In this document: piece after piece, positions 38,593 to 49,023 of the stretch
How the letters are laid out: the number at the start of each line of letters is the position of its first letter
How positions within the stretch are numbered: the first letter of the stretch is position 1
NCBI GenBank assembly: GCA_965215265.1
Contig: OZ244048.1
Coordinates: 2,272,001 to 2,336,000, forward strand
Direction: 5' to 3'
From: Candidatus Poribacteria bacterium
GTDB taxonomy: Bacteria; Poribacteria; WGA-4E; WGA-3G
Length of the DNA stretch: 64,000 bases
Program-made: the position numbers and the translations under genes
The notes under the pieces: model-generated
What the model saw: only the letters and a program-made list of their open reading frames with translations
Database searches by the model: none
Told to the model about the DNA's origin: nothing

Positions 38593-39561
38593 ATGGCTAA
38601 AAATCTACGATTTGGCGTTATCGGTTTAGGTATGGGCATGAACCGTTCTGGCATGATTCACCAGACCGATGGAGCCGAATTAGTTGCTGTTGCCGATCTT
38701 GTAGAGGAGCGGCGTAAGACAGCAGAAGAACGTTTTGGTTGCGCGAGCCACGGTGACGCAGTTGAAATGCTCGAGCGGGACGATATCGACGTAGCGATGA
38801 TTATGACACCCAGTGGTCTCCATGGCAAGTTTGGGATGGACGCGGCGGCCCGTGGCAAACACGTTATCACCACTAAACCGATGGATGTCAGCGTTGAAAA
38901 CTGTGATGCACTTATAAAAACTTGTGAAGACAACGATGTGAAGCTGCTGGTGGACTTCGGTGAAAGGTACGGCAAACACAATCGTCGCATCCAAACAGCA
39001 CTTCAAGAGGGGGCAATCGGCAGACCCTTGCTGTGTGAACTCCGTATGAAATGGAAACGTCCAGACAGTTACTACGTGGGGTGGCACGGCACGTGGAAAC
39101 TTGATGGCGGTGGCTCGATTATGAACCAGGGCGTACATTACATTGATTTGATGCTCTGGTTTATGGGTCCTGTCAAACGCGTTATCGGTGCACACTTCGG
39201 TGTCTACGACCACGAAAATTGCGAAACAGAGGATATGACTTCCGCGATCCTCGAATTTGAGAACGGTGCACTTGGCCATGTTCTCACAACCACAACGTTC
39301 CCTGGGAGCAGTGTATCGATGATTCACATCCACGGCGAAAAAGGCATCGTTGGTCTTGGGCCGGAGATGTGGGATTTCGTTGATGGCGACGAACCCGACA
39401 TTACGCTTCCGCCTTATCCGAATAACGTCATAGAGGATGCCATCCGGGTCATCAATGACGGTGCTTCACCGGCAGTAGACGGCTATGAGGGCAGACGTTC
39501 TGTCGAGTTGAACATGGCAATCTACGAATGCGCGAGAAGCGGCAAGGCGATTAGTTTATAA
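38593..39561 (+). CDS. Gfo/Idh/MocA oxidoreductase
   Basis: GVIGLGMG, TPSGLH, GKHVITTKP, GGGSIMNQGVHYID. Confidence 0.92.
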   Translation: MAKNLRFGVIGLGMGMNRSGMIHQTDGAELVAVADLVEERRKTAEERFGCASHGDAVEMLERDDIDVAMIMTPSGLHGKFGMDAAARGKHVITTKPMDVSVENCDALIKTCEDNDVKLLVDFGERYGKHNRRIQTALQEGAIGRPLLCELRMKWKRPDSYYVGWHGTWKLDGGGSIMNQGVHYIDLMLWFMGPVKRVIGAHFGVYDHENCETEDMTSAILEFENGALGHVLTTTTFPGSSVSMIHIHGEKGIVGLGPEMWDFVDGDEPDITLPPYPNNVIEDAIRVINDGASPAVDGYEGRRSVELNMAIYECARSGKAISL

Positions 39562-39669
39562 TCAGTTCTTCCGGTTTTATTTTCCTATAAAAAGTTGCAA
39601 AGCCGGTAAAACATATCCACAGTGTCTAAAGTTGCAAAGCGTAGATCTCTTTGAAACTTTAGGCACTTT

Positions 39670-42357
39670 TTAGCCATTCTCAGCCTTCGCCTTCAAATCG
39701 TAGAGGATATTTACGGCATCTAGGGGTGTTACATGTGCCAGTTCTAAGTTTCGGATTTCTTCTATGAGCGGGTGCGTTTTCGGCGTGAAAAGTGCCATCT
39801 GCAGCGAGTCGTTCTGGATGGTTTTTCTTGAAAGTCGTCGGCGAGGCTGCGGTAATTTCGGCTGTGCTTTAGACGGTTGCGCGGTTGTACCATCGGCATC
39901 AACACTAATATTGTGTTGTTCAAGTACTTCTAGAACCTGTTGTGCGCGTGAGATGACAGTTTGAGGCAAGCCAGCCAACCGAGCAACATGGATGCCGTAG
40001 CTCTGGTCTGCGCCGCCTGCGACGACTTTTCGCAGGAACGTTACTTTTTCGCCATCCTCATGGACAGCGACGTTATAATTCTTGGCCCGTTTATATTTAC
40101 TCGCCAATTCAACAAGTTCGTGGTAGTGGGTAGCGAAGAGCGTCTTCGCGCCCATCCGCTTTTCATCGAGAAGGTATTCTGAAACAGCCCATGCGATACT
40201 GAGGCCATCAAAGGTGCTGGTGCCGCGTCCAACCTCGTCCAAGATGACGAGGCTTTTGCGGCTGGCGTTATTGAGAATATTGGCAGTTTCGTTCATTTCG
40301 ACGAGGAATGTGCTCTGCCCCATCACAAGGTTATCGGATGCGCCGACGCGTGTGAAAATTCTGTCTACAAGTCCGATTTTCGCGGCGGATGCTGGTACGA
40401 AACAACCTACTTGTGCCATTAGAACGATGAGAGCTGTCTGCCGTAAATAGGTGCTTTTCCCACTCATGTTTGGTCCGGTGATAATATGCAGTTGTTCATC
40501 ATCACAGTTGAGTTGTGTATCGTTTGGAACGAATCCTTCTTGCGTAAACAGTTGTTCGACGACTGGATGCCGCCCCTCACGGATAATAATCTCATCGCTA
40601 TCATCCACGGTCGGTTTAACGTAGTTATATTTGGAGGCGACATAGGCAAAATTGGCGATAACATCAATTGTCGCGATCGCCGCTGAGTTCTCTTGGATAG
40701 TTTTCGTATACTGAGCTACCTCCTCCCGGATTTGACAGAAGAGTTCGTATTCTAAAGACTCGATCCGGTCTTCGGCGTTGAGAACCATAGCTTCCTTCTC
40801 TTTGAGTTCAGGTGTAATGAAACGTTCGGAGTTTCGCAGGGTTTGCTTCCGGATATAGTGCTCAGGTACCAGGTGCAAGTTCGGCTTGGTTACGTCAATA
40901 TAGTATCCGAAGACCTGGTTAAACCCAATTTTCAGTGAAGGGATGCCGCTCTGCTTTCGCTCTATCTCTTGTAATTCCGCCATCCACGCCTTGCCTTGTC
41001 CGACAATTTTCCGGAGTTCATCCAGTTCCTCATTATAGCCGTCGCGAATCACGCCCCCTTCGCGAATCGTTACCGGTGGCGTTGGATGGATGCCCCGTTC
41101 AATCAATTCGACAAGTTCTGTCAACGGATTCAGAGTCGCATTTTGAGAAACTAATACTGCTGATTCGCAGTTTTTAAGTTGCTGCTTGACAGCGGGTATT
41201 AAAAGGAGGGAATCCTTGAGTGAATGCAGGTCGCGCCCGTTTATCGACCCGAGGCTAATGCGCGTGATCAGGCGTTCCATATCGTACATCTGTTCAAGTG
41301 CATCACGCAATTCTTCCTGAAGGTTAATCTGCGTTTTGAGTTCTTCTACAGCGCTGAGTCGTTCCTCGATCTCTTTTGAGGAAAGCAAGGGTTGCAGCAG
41401 GTATTGCCGGATTTTTCTGCCGCCCATGGAGGTCACCGTCTGGTCAAGGACTTCAAGCAAAGTGCCTTTTGATGAACCGTCGCGAATGGAGGCTATCAAT
41501 TCAAGATTGCGTTGCGTATCAGCATCCAGTACCATAAAATCGGAGAGTGAATAGGTATGGAGAACGAGTATATGTGCTACTTCTTGTTTTTGGGTTTCGT
41601 GTAGGTAATAGATAAGGGCACCGGCGGCACAAATGGCGGCGGGGAGGTGCTCGCATCCGAAACCATCCAGCGAAATAGTTCGAAAATGTTGTAGGAGTTC
41701 GGTACGTGCAGTATCCAATTCAAAACGCCAGTCTGGTAAAAAATTGACCGTTGCTCTCAAGTCGGTTTTAACCCGATCGAGCAGTTCATCATCGTCAAAG
41801 GTTTCTGAGAAGAGGCATTCCTTGGGGAAGAAGCGGTATATCTCCGCCCAGAGTTTTGCAGTATCCGTGACTTCGGTCACCCAAAATTCGCCGGTAGAGA
41901 GGTCTGCAGCAGCGAATCCGTAACTGGTTTTGCGCTGGTAAATTGAGATGAGATAGTTGTTGGATTTTTGCTCAAGTACCCTCGGATCCGTGACTGTGCC
42001 GGGCGTAACAATCCGAACAACATCGCGTTTCACCAAGCGGTTTTCCTCCCGTGCTTGCTTCGCATCTTCCGTCTGCTCCAAAATCGCTACTTTGTACCCA
42101 GCTTTGACGAGTTTGTAAAGGTAGGAATCCAGCGCGTGGTGCGGTATTCCAGCCATCGGGGGTGAGGGTTCTTTCTGGTTTTTATGGCTTCTTGCTGTTA
42201 AGGTAATTTCGAGCAGCTTTGAGATTAATTCCGCATCTTCAAAAAAGGCTTCATAGAAATCACCCACTCGACAGAGAAGGATAGTATCTTTATGCTGTTT
42301 TTTGGTCTGTTTATAGAGTTCTATTAATGAAGTTTCTGACTGTCTCAAACGTGGCAT
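39670..42357 (-). CDS. mutS: DNA mismatch repair protein MutS
   Basis: VGDFYE, GRHPVVE, TGPNMSGKSTY, DEVGRGTST, SYGIHVA. Confidence 0.98.
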   Translation of the reverse strand: MPRLRQSETSLIELYKQTKKQHKDTILLCRVGDFYEAFFEDAELISKLLEITLTARSHKNQKEPSPPMAGIPHHALDSYLYKLVKAGYKVAILEQTEDAKQAREENRLVKRDVVRIVTPGTVTDPRVLEQKSNNYLISIYQRKTSYGFAAADLSTGEFWVTEVTDTAKLWAEIYRFFPKECLFSETFDDDELLDRVKTDLRATVNFLPDWRFELDTARTELLQHFRTISLDGFGCEHLPAAICAAGALIYYLHETQKQEVAHILVLHTYSLSDFMVLDADTQRNLELIASIRDGSSKGTLLEVLDQTVTSMGGRKIRQYLLQPLLSSKEIEERLSAVEELKTQINLQEELRDALEQMYDMERLITRISLGSINGRDLHSLKDSLLLIPAVKQQLKNCESAVLVSQNATLNPLTELVELIERGIHPTPPVTIREGGVIRDGYNEELDELRKIVGQGKAWMAELQEIERKQSGIPSLKIGFNQVFGYYIDVTKPNLHLVPEHYIRKQTLRNSERFITPELKEKEAMVLNAEDRIESLEYELFCQIREEVAQYTKTIQENSAAIATIDVIANFAYVASKYNYVKPTVDDSDEIIIREGRHPVVEQLFTQEGFVPNDTQLNCDDEQLHIITGPNMSGKSTYLRQTALIVLMAQVGCFVPASAAKIGLVDRIFTRVGASDNLVMGQSTFLVEMNETANILNNASRKSLVILDEVGRGTSTFDGLSIAWAVSEYLLDEKRMGAKTLFATHYHELVELASKYKRAKNYNVAVHEDGEKVTFLRKVVAGGADQSYGIHVARLAGLPQTVISRAQQVLEVLEQHNISVDADGTTAQPSKAQPKLPQPRRRLSRKTIQNDSLQMALFTPKTHPLIEEIRNLELAHVTPLDAVNILYDLKAKAENG

Positions 42358-42818
42358 ACTGCTCTCCTTGCTGATTACGTAGCCTACACTTGCAAGACCT
42401 GTAGGAGTCATCCTTCGATTGCTGTGCGCTACATGTGTTAGTCAGTTTTACGAAAACTTGATTTTAATACCATACCACAGTTTTATTTTTTTTTCAACCT
42501 TTTTTACGATATTTACCATCATTCACGGATAAGTAAAACGTTTTTTAGGGTGATAGTTCTTCGTAGAATGAATTAAATTATTCCAAGGAAAGACAGAGAC
42601 AGGTAAAGGTACTTTTGAACATCAAAGGACACCCACAATACGTTAGACAAAAAACTTGACAATTAGAGCGCCAATCTATATCATGATAGAAATTTATTTT
42701 TAAGGATGTGAAGCGGTGAGTTGGCATTCTCTTATCGTAGTTTTACGTTTGCGTGATGGTGAAGAATATCCCAACCAAATAACGTTCTATAAAAAACAGA
42801 CTGAATAGGAGGCACAAC

Positions 42819-43832
42819 ATCCAAAAAAAGGGACTCCAGGGGATAGCCCAAATTATCGTACCGACAGCCCTGGCAATCGTTATTAGTTACTTCCTGCTAA
42901 AAGAAATTGAGCTTCAAGAGATACCAAAAACGCTCAGCCGTTTATCGATTAAGGCGATGCTCATCGGTTTCGGATGTTATTGCCTGCTTGTGTGGAGCAA
43001 AACGCTGCGGTTCCGCGAGTTATTGAGTTTGGCGATCCGGGTGCATCAACTCTTTCCTATACTCGCCTTGCACACCTTTTGGGGGAATCTTTTGCCGATG
43101 CGCACTGGTGATGTCTCTTATGTTTACCTGATGCAAAGGCGGCAGCAGGTGGAGGCAACACAGGGGATTGCATCCCTTCTGGTTGCAAGCGTTATAGATT
43201 TGGTACTGTTAATCAGTTTGATGGTTAGTACTGCTTGGCTGCTGCGTCCAAAACTGAGTGGCCGGTTTTCATGGGCTTTTCTGTACCTGATGCCCCTATT
43301 AATGGGAGTCTGCTTGGTGGTGGTGCTACTCTTCGCGTGTCTTGCGCCAAACTTCTGTAGTGCGATTGCGAATAAGGGTGCCGCAGTACTATTACGTGTG
43401 AGTTCTCGGTTTCCAAGTCCGGTGCCGAGCTTGCTCTGCTGGGCAATCAATAAGGGCCTGGAGGTCATCCAAGAATTTACGGTGGTACGATTCAATGCCC
43501 GTTTCCTGAGGGTTTGGGGATATTCGGTCGTCTGCCTTGCAATTCGTTTCGGGTTTCAATGCTATCTTGTTGCGGAGATGGGTGTCAATATCCCGTTAAC
43601 AGAGGTATTATTTGCCCTCGCGTTTACAAACGGTTTTAACCTATTGCCGATCCAAACTGTTGGGAATTTTGGGACAACGGAATTTCCATTTACCTTTTTG
43701 CTGTCGCATTTCGGCATACCAAAAGAGATAGGCACCGTCACAGGATTTAGTTTGCACATTATAATACTGCTATACTGCTTACCTTTAGGCGCGTATGGAT
43801 TCTTATCATCAATCCGTAGAAGAGGTAGGTAG
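42819..43832 (+). CDS. Lysylphosphatidylglycerol synthase TM/flippase-like protein; probable ATC start
   Basis: NLLPMRTGD, LPIQTVGNFGTTE; frame open 46 codons upstream of ATG 42957, to an ATC preceded by AGGAGG. Confidence 0.75.
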   Translation: MQKKGLQGIAQIIVPTALAIVISYFLLKEIELQEIPKTLSRLSIKAMLIGFGCYCLLVWSKTLRFRELLSLAIRVHQLFPILALHTFWGNLLPMRTGDVSYVYLMQRRQQVEATQGIASLLVASVIDLVLLISLMVSTAWLLRPKLSGRFSWAFLYLMPLLMGVCLVVVLLFACLAPNFCSAIANKGAAVLLRVSSRFPSPVPSLLCWAINKGLEVIQEFTVVRFNARFLRVWGYSVVCLAIRFGFQCYLVAEMGVNIPLTEVLFALAFTNGFNLLPIQTVGNFGTTEFPFTFLLSHFGIPKEIGTVTGFSLHIIILLYCLPLGAYGFLSSIRRRGR

Positions 43833-43881
43833 CGGTTCATCGGTTAGAAGGTTTTGGCATAAACAACTCAGGAGAAATCAG

Positions 43882-44712
43882 ATGGCAATTATCGACCCGC
43901 ACGTTCACGTATGGAAGAACGACCCGCGGTTTCCGTGGGCCCCTGAGACAACACATCCGCCGTCTGAAGATGCGACAGCGGAAATGTTACTGGAATTGAT
44001 GGCAGAAAATGGGGTTGAAAAAACAGTACTTGTCCAGGTTATCCACTACCGCTGGGATAACAGTTATGCGGCAGATGCCTTAAAGAGATATCCGACTCAA
44101 TTCATGGGAGTCTGCCGGGTTAATCCGGAAGATCCGGAGGCACCCGACCATCTTAGCCGATGGACTGAAGAGGAGCGGTTCCATGGGGTTCGGCTGAGTC
44201 CTTCTGTCAATGCTGCCGGGGATTGGTTTACAGGTCCCTTCATGCCTCCTATCTTTAGTCGTGCGGAGGCACTCGGTGTACCGCTGCTGATGCTAACAGG
44301 TCCAGAGCGATTGGTGGATCTGGTCCCACTTTTGGAACAGCACCCGGACTTGGATGTTGTGATAGATCACATGGCAGATTGTTCACCAGAAGCACCTGAA
44401 AAATTGGAATTGCTACTGAATCTCGCCCGGTTTCCGAGAGTTTATGTCAAAATCAGTCATACCTGGTCGATTTCCAAAATGGGATATCCTTGGACAGATA
44501 CACACGAACAGGTAAAAAAAGTTTACCATACATTTGGTGGCAGGCGGCTAATGTGGGGTACAGATTGGCCTGTTTGTCTGAGCAGGGCAAGTTATTCGCA
44601 AACATTGGCTGTTGTGCGTAACGAGATGGACTTCTTCACGCCTGAAGACCGGGAATGGGTTTTAGGGAAGACAGCACTGCAGCTATGGAAGTTTGATAAA
44701 TTCGAAAAATAG
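43882..44712 (+). CDS. Amidohydrolase family 2 protein
   Basis: IIDPHVHVW, VIDHM, YVKIS, LMWGTDWP. Confidence 0.9.
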   Translation: MAIIDPHVHVWKNDPRFPWAPETTHPPSEDATAEMLLELMAENGVEKTVLVQVIHYRWDNSYAADALKRYPTQFMGVCRVNPEDPEAPDHLSRWTEEERFHGVRLSPSVNAAGDWFTGPFMPPIFSRAEALGVPLLMLTGPERLVDLVPLLEQHPDLDVVIDHMADCSPEAPEKLELLLNLARFPRVYVKISHTWSISKMGYPWTDTHEQVKKVYHTFGGRRLMWGTDWPVCLSRASYSQTLAVVRNEMDFFTPEDREWVLGKTALQLWKFDKFEK

Positions 44713-44792
44713 AAATCACCGGCATCTTGCAAAATTCTACTAATTTGTGTTAACATAGAATTATTCAGATAACTCTATTACGATGAGAGGCA

Positions 44793-45155
44793 ATGACTAT
44801 GCCGTTTTGTCCTGAATGCAGCACAGAACACACGGTAGAAACGCCAATATGTCCGGATTGTCAGGTAGAACTTGTTCCAGCTGTAGCACCCACGCAACTG
44901 CCCGAGGCTATCGATTGGTATGCGATTGAATCCGTCCCGAACGAAGTCGCAGGGAATATCTTGAAAAGTGTTTTGGAGACTGAGGGCATTGATGTGTATT
45001 TGCGATGCAACGAAATGCCTGCTTATGGCGGTGCCATCATGGGCAACGTCGGAAAATCCGAATGGGGTGATATTCTTGTACCGGTTGCATCCATCTCGCG
45101 CGCCCGGGCATGCCTTAAGAACTATTTTGACTCTCTCTTAGAAGTTCGAGAATGA
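44793..45155 (+). CDS. Zn-ribbon + DUF2007-like protein
   Basis: FCPEC..CPDC, ILKSVLETEGI. Confidence 0.75.
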   Translation: MTMPFCPECSTEHTVETPICPDCQVELVPAVAPTQLPEAIDWYAIESVPNEVAGNILKSVLETEGIDVYLRCNEMPAYGGAIMGNVGKSEWGDILVPVASISRARACLKNYFDSLLEVRE

Positions 45156-46330
45156 AAGCACGTATGCAGAGACTCCTTTTTACCCTAATTTTAATCCTTT
45201 TTCTCGCAAACGCCCCGGTTTTCGGGGAAAGTTACCGCATCCGGGAAGGTGATACACTTATTATCGCCATCATCGGCCAACCGGAGTATACGCAAACGGT
45301 GCAAGTGCGAGAAGACGGCATGATGAGTTACTTTGGAGGTGACTTGCACGTTGCCGGTAAAACCGCCGATACAGTGAACCAATACATTCGAGACTTTCTA
45401 GTGAAGCATGAGCTCGTCAGGAATCCTGTCATCATGGTTTCACCGGTGCCACAAGAGAATGGCATTTTCGTTGGCGGTGCGGTTACAACACCAGGTCGTT
45501 ACGTTATCTCACCTAATGCAAATATCGGCTTGTACCGGGCGATTGCACTTGCAGGAGGTATGGCGGAAAATGCTGATGTCCAACAGGTACAACTCATTCG
45601 TGCAAAAGGTAAAGAATCAGAGGCAGTTGTTGAAACCTACGAGCTCTCTATAAACCGACCGTACCGGAACATAAGCGTTAATGTGGCCGATCTGGTGTAC
45701 GTGATGCCGATGAGCGTGGTTGAGGTGCAAGGGGAAATAAAAGTGCCGGGGAAGCTGTTTATCCGTGGTAAAATCGGCGTTGCTGAAGCATTAGCGAAAG
45801 CAGGCGGATTGACAGAGGAAGCAGACCTCACAGCACTTGTCAAAGTTAGCAGAGACGGCAATCTTTCTGAATTCAGTCTACCGGAACAGTTTTGGAAACC
45901 TACGGGAACACCGAAGAATTTGAATGCCGTGCCGCCTCCTTCGTTATCCGATGGTGATGTGCTGTTTGTACCAAACGCATTCAAGGTAACGCCTATCTAC
46001 ATCATCGGCTATGTCCAGACTCCCGGTGCGCAACGCGTGCGCGGTCCGGTAACCCTGGCGCAAGCTATTGCACTCGCCGGTGGGTTCGAAGATCTGGCAA
46101 ATAAGGAAAACGTCATTATTCATCGTCGTGACGGTAGCAGTATCGAACATCCATTTGTTTTTAATTATAAGGGAGCTGGAAGCAACACACGTGAAGACTT
46201 GGTATTGTTATATCCTGGGGATATTTTGGAGGTAGACAAGCGGTTTCAGGTGAACTGGGGGCTGGTGAGTACCGTCACTTCTACAGCGCTTGGGATAATC
46301 AGTTTTATCATCGCATTTACCGGAAATTAG
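45152..46330 (+). CDS. Polysaccharide export (Wza-like) protein with SLBB domains
   Basis: YRIREGDTL, VREDG, three VxGxVxxPG..AIALAGG units. Confidence 0.88.
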   Translation: MKARMQRLLFTLILILFLANAPVFGESYRIREGDTLIIAIIGQPEYTQTVQVREDGMMSYFGGDLHVAGKTADTVNQYIRDFLVKHELVRNPVIMVSPVPQENGIFVGGAVTTPGRYVISPNANIGLYRAIALAGGMAENADVQQVQLIRAKGKESEAVVETYELSINRPYRNISVNVADLVYVMPMSVVEVQGEIKVPGKLFIRGKIGVAEALAKAGGLTEEADLTALVKVSRDGNLSEFSLPEQFWKPTGTPKNLNAVPPPSLSDGDVLFVPNAFKVTPIYIIGYVQTPGAQRVRGPVTLAQAIALAGGFEDLANKENVIIHRRDGSSIEHPFVFNYKGAGSNTREDLVLLYPGDILEVDKRFQVNWGLVSTVTSTALGIISFIIAFTGN

Positions 46331-46405
46331 AATGTTTTCACAAAGTTTTACACACTGACGAAAATATATCCGCCTTCGAAGATTCAACTTAAGCGGAGAC
46401 ACTTT

Positions 46406-47338
46406 ATGAACAAATTCTTCATCCCATCTATCATCATAACGTTTATTCTGGTTGGGCTGCCCGCTGCGGCACAGAATACTGATATCCATGAAAATGCGGG
46501 TACCCGCGCAATGACGTTCCTAAAAATCGGTGTCGGCGCGAAGGCAATCGGCATGGGCGAGTCCCATGTTGCCGCTGCAGACGATCTCTATGCATCTTAT
46601 TGGAACCCGGCTGGGCTCTCACAGTTACAACAGCCACAACTCGCCCTGATGCATAATGAATGGTTCGCTGGCATTAACCACGAATTTGTTGGCTTTGCGC
46701 TCCCGATTCGTGATATAGGGACGATCGGGGCTTCTGCGAATTTCTTGTCGTACGGTGAATTGCAAGGGCGAGACCGGGACGGCAATGAGACGACCCTCTT
46801 CCGTCCTTACGATCTGGCACTCATCTTCTCGTATGCCCGGGCTTTCGGAGCGTCGCTGGCGTTTGGTGCAAACGCAAAATTCTTGCGCGAACAAATTGCT
46901 GATACAAGTGGCAGCGGTATCGCCTTCGATTTTGGGGGATTGTACAGGTTCATAGAACTTCCACTCTCGCTTGGGTTCAACGCACAGCATGCGGGACCTC
47001 GCGTGCAGTTTATAGAGGAGGCTTTCGGTCTTCCGTTTACTTTCAGGCTGGGTGCGGCTTACCGTGCATGGGGCGATTCTCTCATCCTAACTATGGATGC
47101 CATTCGTCCTTCCGACAACGATATTGCTGTCGGAGTTGGTGCAGGCTATACGATAGCTAACATTTTGCAGCTTCGCACTGGTTATAAATACAAACTGGGC
47201 GGTAACGATTTAGGTGCGACTTTTGGACTCGCTGGTGGTTTTGGGCTTACGCTTGGGCAATTCCAAATTGATTACGCGCTTGTACCGTTTGGGGTGTTGG
47301 GATTGACGCATCGGTTTTCGCTTGTTGCCAATTTTTAA
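46406..47338 (+). CDS. PorV/PorQ-family outer-membrane protein
   Basis: FLKIGVGAKAIGMG, YWNPAGL, terminal THRFSL..F. Confidence 0.85.
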   Translation: MNKFFIPSIIITFILVGLPAAAQNTDIHENAGTRAMTFLKIGVGAKAIGMGESHVAAADDLYASYWNPAGLSQLQQPQLALMHNEWFAGINHEFVGFALPIRDIGTIGASANFLSYGELQGRDRDGNETTLFRPYDLALIFSYARAFGASLAFGANAKFLREQIADTSGSGIAFDFGGLYRFIELPLSLGFNAQHAGPRVQFIEEAFGLPFTFRLGAAYRAWGDSLILTMDAIRPSDNDIAVGVGAGYTIANILQLRTGYKYKLGGNDLGATFGLAGGFGLTLGQFQIDYALVPFGVLGLTHRFSLVANF

Positions 47339-47366
47339 GGGATTTTAAGGGGCTGTAAGTTTTTCT

Positions 47367-48068
47367 TTAACCACGCTCCTTACTCAGTTTGCTATGATAG
47401 TTTATAGCAGCGTCGATAAACGCCTCAAATAACTTCCGTGCATGTTCACGAAGGGCTGGGACTTTCAGCATCCGTTCCGGGTGGTATTGCACGCCGAGAG
47501 CGAAACGTTTTGAAGGCATTTCGATCGCTTCTATCACTCCATCTTCTGTGTACGCTGTAACAACGAACCCATCTGCAGCTTTGTCCACTGCCTGATGATG
47601 CGCGGAATTCACTTCTGAGACGCACTCGCCGGTGAGTTGGCTGAGCAGGCTCTCTTTCACAATCTCAATTTTATGTCGAGAGTCGTTGTAGTCTTCGTCT
47701 CTTGTATGACGTAAGGTTTCTCCTGGAATCAGCGAGATATCTTGATAGAGGTTTTCCCCCATTGCTACGTTCATTACTTGGATGCCGCGGCAGATGCCAA
47801 AAATAGGTATGTCGGCTTCAAGTACCTGTTGGCACAACGGGAGCTCGAGCTTATCGCGTCTTTTATTAACATATATAATACTTTCATGGCAGGCTTGGTC
47901 GTAATAGCATGGGTGGATATCGCCACCTCCAGTTAAAAGCAGACCATCAAATTTTGGAGGTTTTTCATCAGGACCCAAAAGAATTGGTTCCCCGCCGTAC
48001 AGTTCAATTGCACGAGTATAATTGCTAACTTCACTCACGCCCTTTGTAATACAGATAACTGGTTTCAT
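47367..48068 (-). CDS. Peptidase C26 / gamma-glutamyl-GABA hydrolase family
   Basis: LLLTGGGD, GICRGIQ, VNSAHHQ, GVQYHPE. Confidence 0.92.
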   Translation of the reverse strand: MKPVICITKGVSEVSNYTRAIELYGGEPILLGPDEKPPKFDGLLLTGGGDIHPCYYDQACHESIIYVNKRRDKLELPLCQQVLEADIPIFGICRGIQVMNVAMGENLYQDISLIPGETLRHTRDEDYNDSRHKIEIVKESLLSQLTGECVSEVNSAHHQAVDKAADGFVVTAYTEDGVIEAIEMPSKRFALGVQYHPERMLKVPALREHARKLFEAFIDAAINYHSKLSKERG

Positions 48069-48231
48069 TTTTATTTTAAAGGCTCCTTTCTGTCATGTCT
48101 GTTATTTATAAATTATACCTTTTTTCCCATCAATTTGCAAATCGAGTCCGTAATTAGTTTATCTGATGAATGCTGATTCAGAAAATGAAATTAAATTGCA
48201 TTAACAGCCAACTGTATGGTATAATTAACCT

Positions 48232-49014
48232 ATGGCATTCAGGTTAGAAGAAATTTCCGGAGCAGAACTATCTATCAGAGAGAATAGCACGCCAATCCTT
48301 ACCTATTGCTATGGCGATTCTGCAGAACCGCCATATTTTCATCCGATTTATGCCCCGGGTGGACAGCAGACGACCGGGGCAGCGGAGGTAAAACAACGGG
48401 AATCGAAAGGACTATATTTCACTTGTGGGACTGTTCATGGCAAAAATGAGCAGAATGCACACATGTCCCGGAAGATGCAGAATGTCATCTCCACGGTGGA
48501 AATCGTAAAATTTGAGTTAACGACAAGGTGGAACGTTCCAGACCTGATGTTTATGGAACAGTGCCACGTGACAGTTTATCCTTGCGAAATAGATGTACAA
48601 GTGCTCGATCTGGAAATCAAACTCCACGCACCGACAGTCACTCTGGCTTTTGAAGACAATACCGGGCTCGGTTACAACGCCGCTGAGATGGAATATCGGA
48701 AAGCAGTAGATGCCAACGGCCGTATCGGTGAGTCAGAAGTGAGCGGACAATTCTCAGCATGGGGCACGCTCAGCGGTATTGCTGCCAATAAACCTATCGG
48801 GGTTGGAATTTTACCGCATCCGGACAATGGGCAGACACGGTTTGAAGCGCAGGATGCATCGCTCGGATTTCTGAAGGCGTGCCCTGAACCTTTCAGGTTG
48901 GAAGTAGGCGGTACACGCGCGCTAAGGTACCGTGTACTTATCTACGTTGGCGACCTTTTTACTGTAGATGTTGCCAATTATTATGATGCCTATTGCGATC
49001 GCGCCTTGCACTGA
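48232..49014 (+). CDS. PmoA-family (DUF6807-like) hypothetical protein
   Basis: PYFHPIYAPGG, NGRIGE, HPDN, LRYRVLIY. Confidence 0.6.
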   Translation: MAFRLEEISGAELSIRENSTPILTYCYGDSAEPPYFHPIYAPGGQQTTGAAEVKQRESKGLYFTCGTVHGKNEQNAHMSRKMQNVISTVEIVKFELTTRWNVPDLMFMEQCHVTVYPCEIDVQVLDLEIKLHAPTVTLAFEDNTGLGYNAAEMEYRKAVDANGRIGESEVSGQFSAWGTLSGIAANKPIGVGILPHPDNGQTRFEAQDASLGFLKACPEPFRLEVGGTRALRYRVLIYVGDLFTVDVANYYDAYCDRALH

Positions 49015-49023
49015 GGGATAACC

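Noticed and set aside
39590-39668. Hairpin GTGTCTAAAGTT..AACTTTAGGCAC; also the palindromes at 29760-29825
   Set aside because: Single short palindromes, most likely terminators or REP remnants; insufficient support for more.
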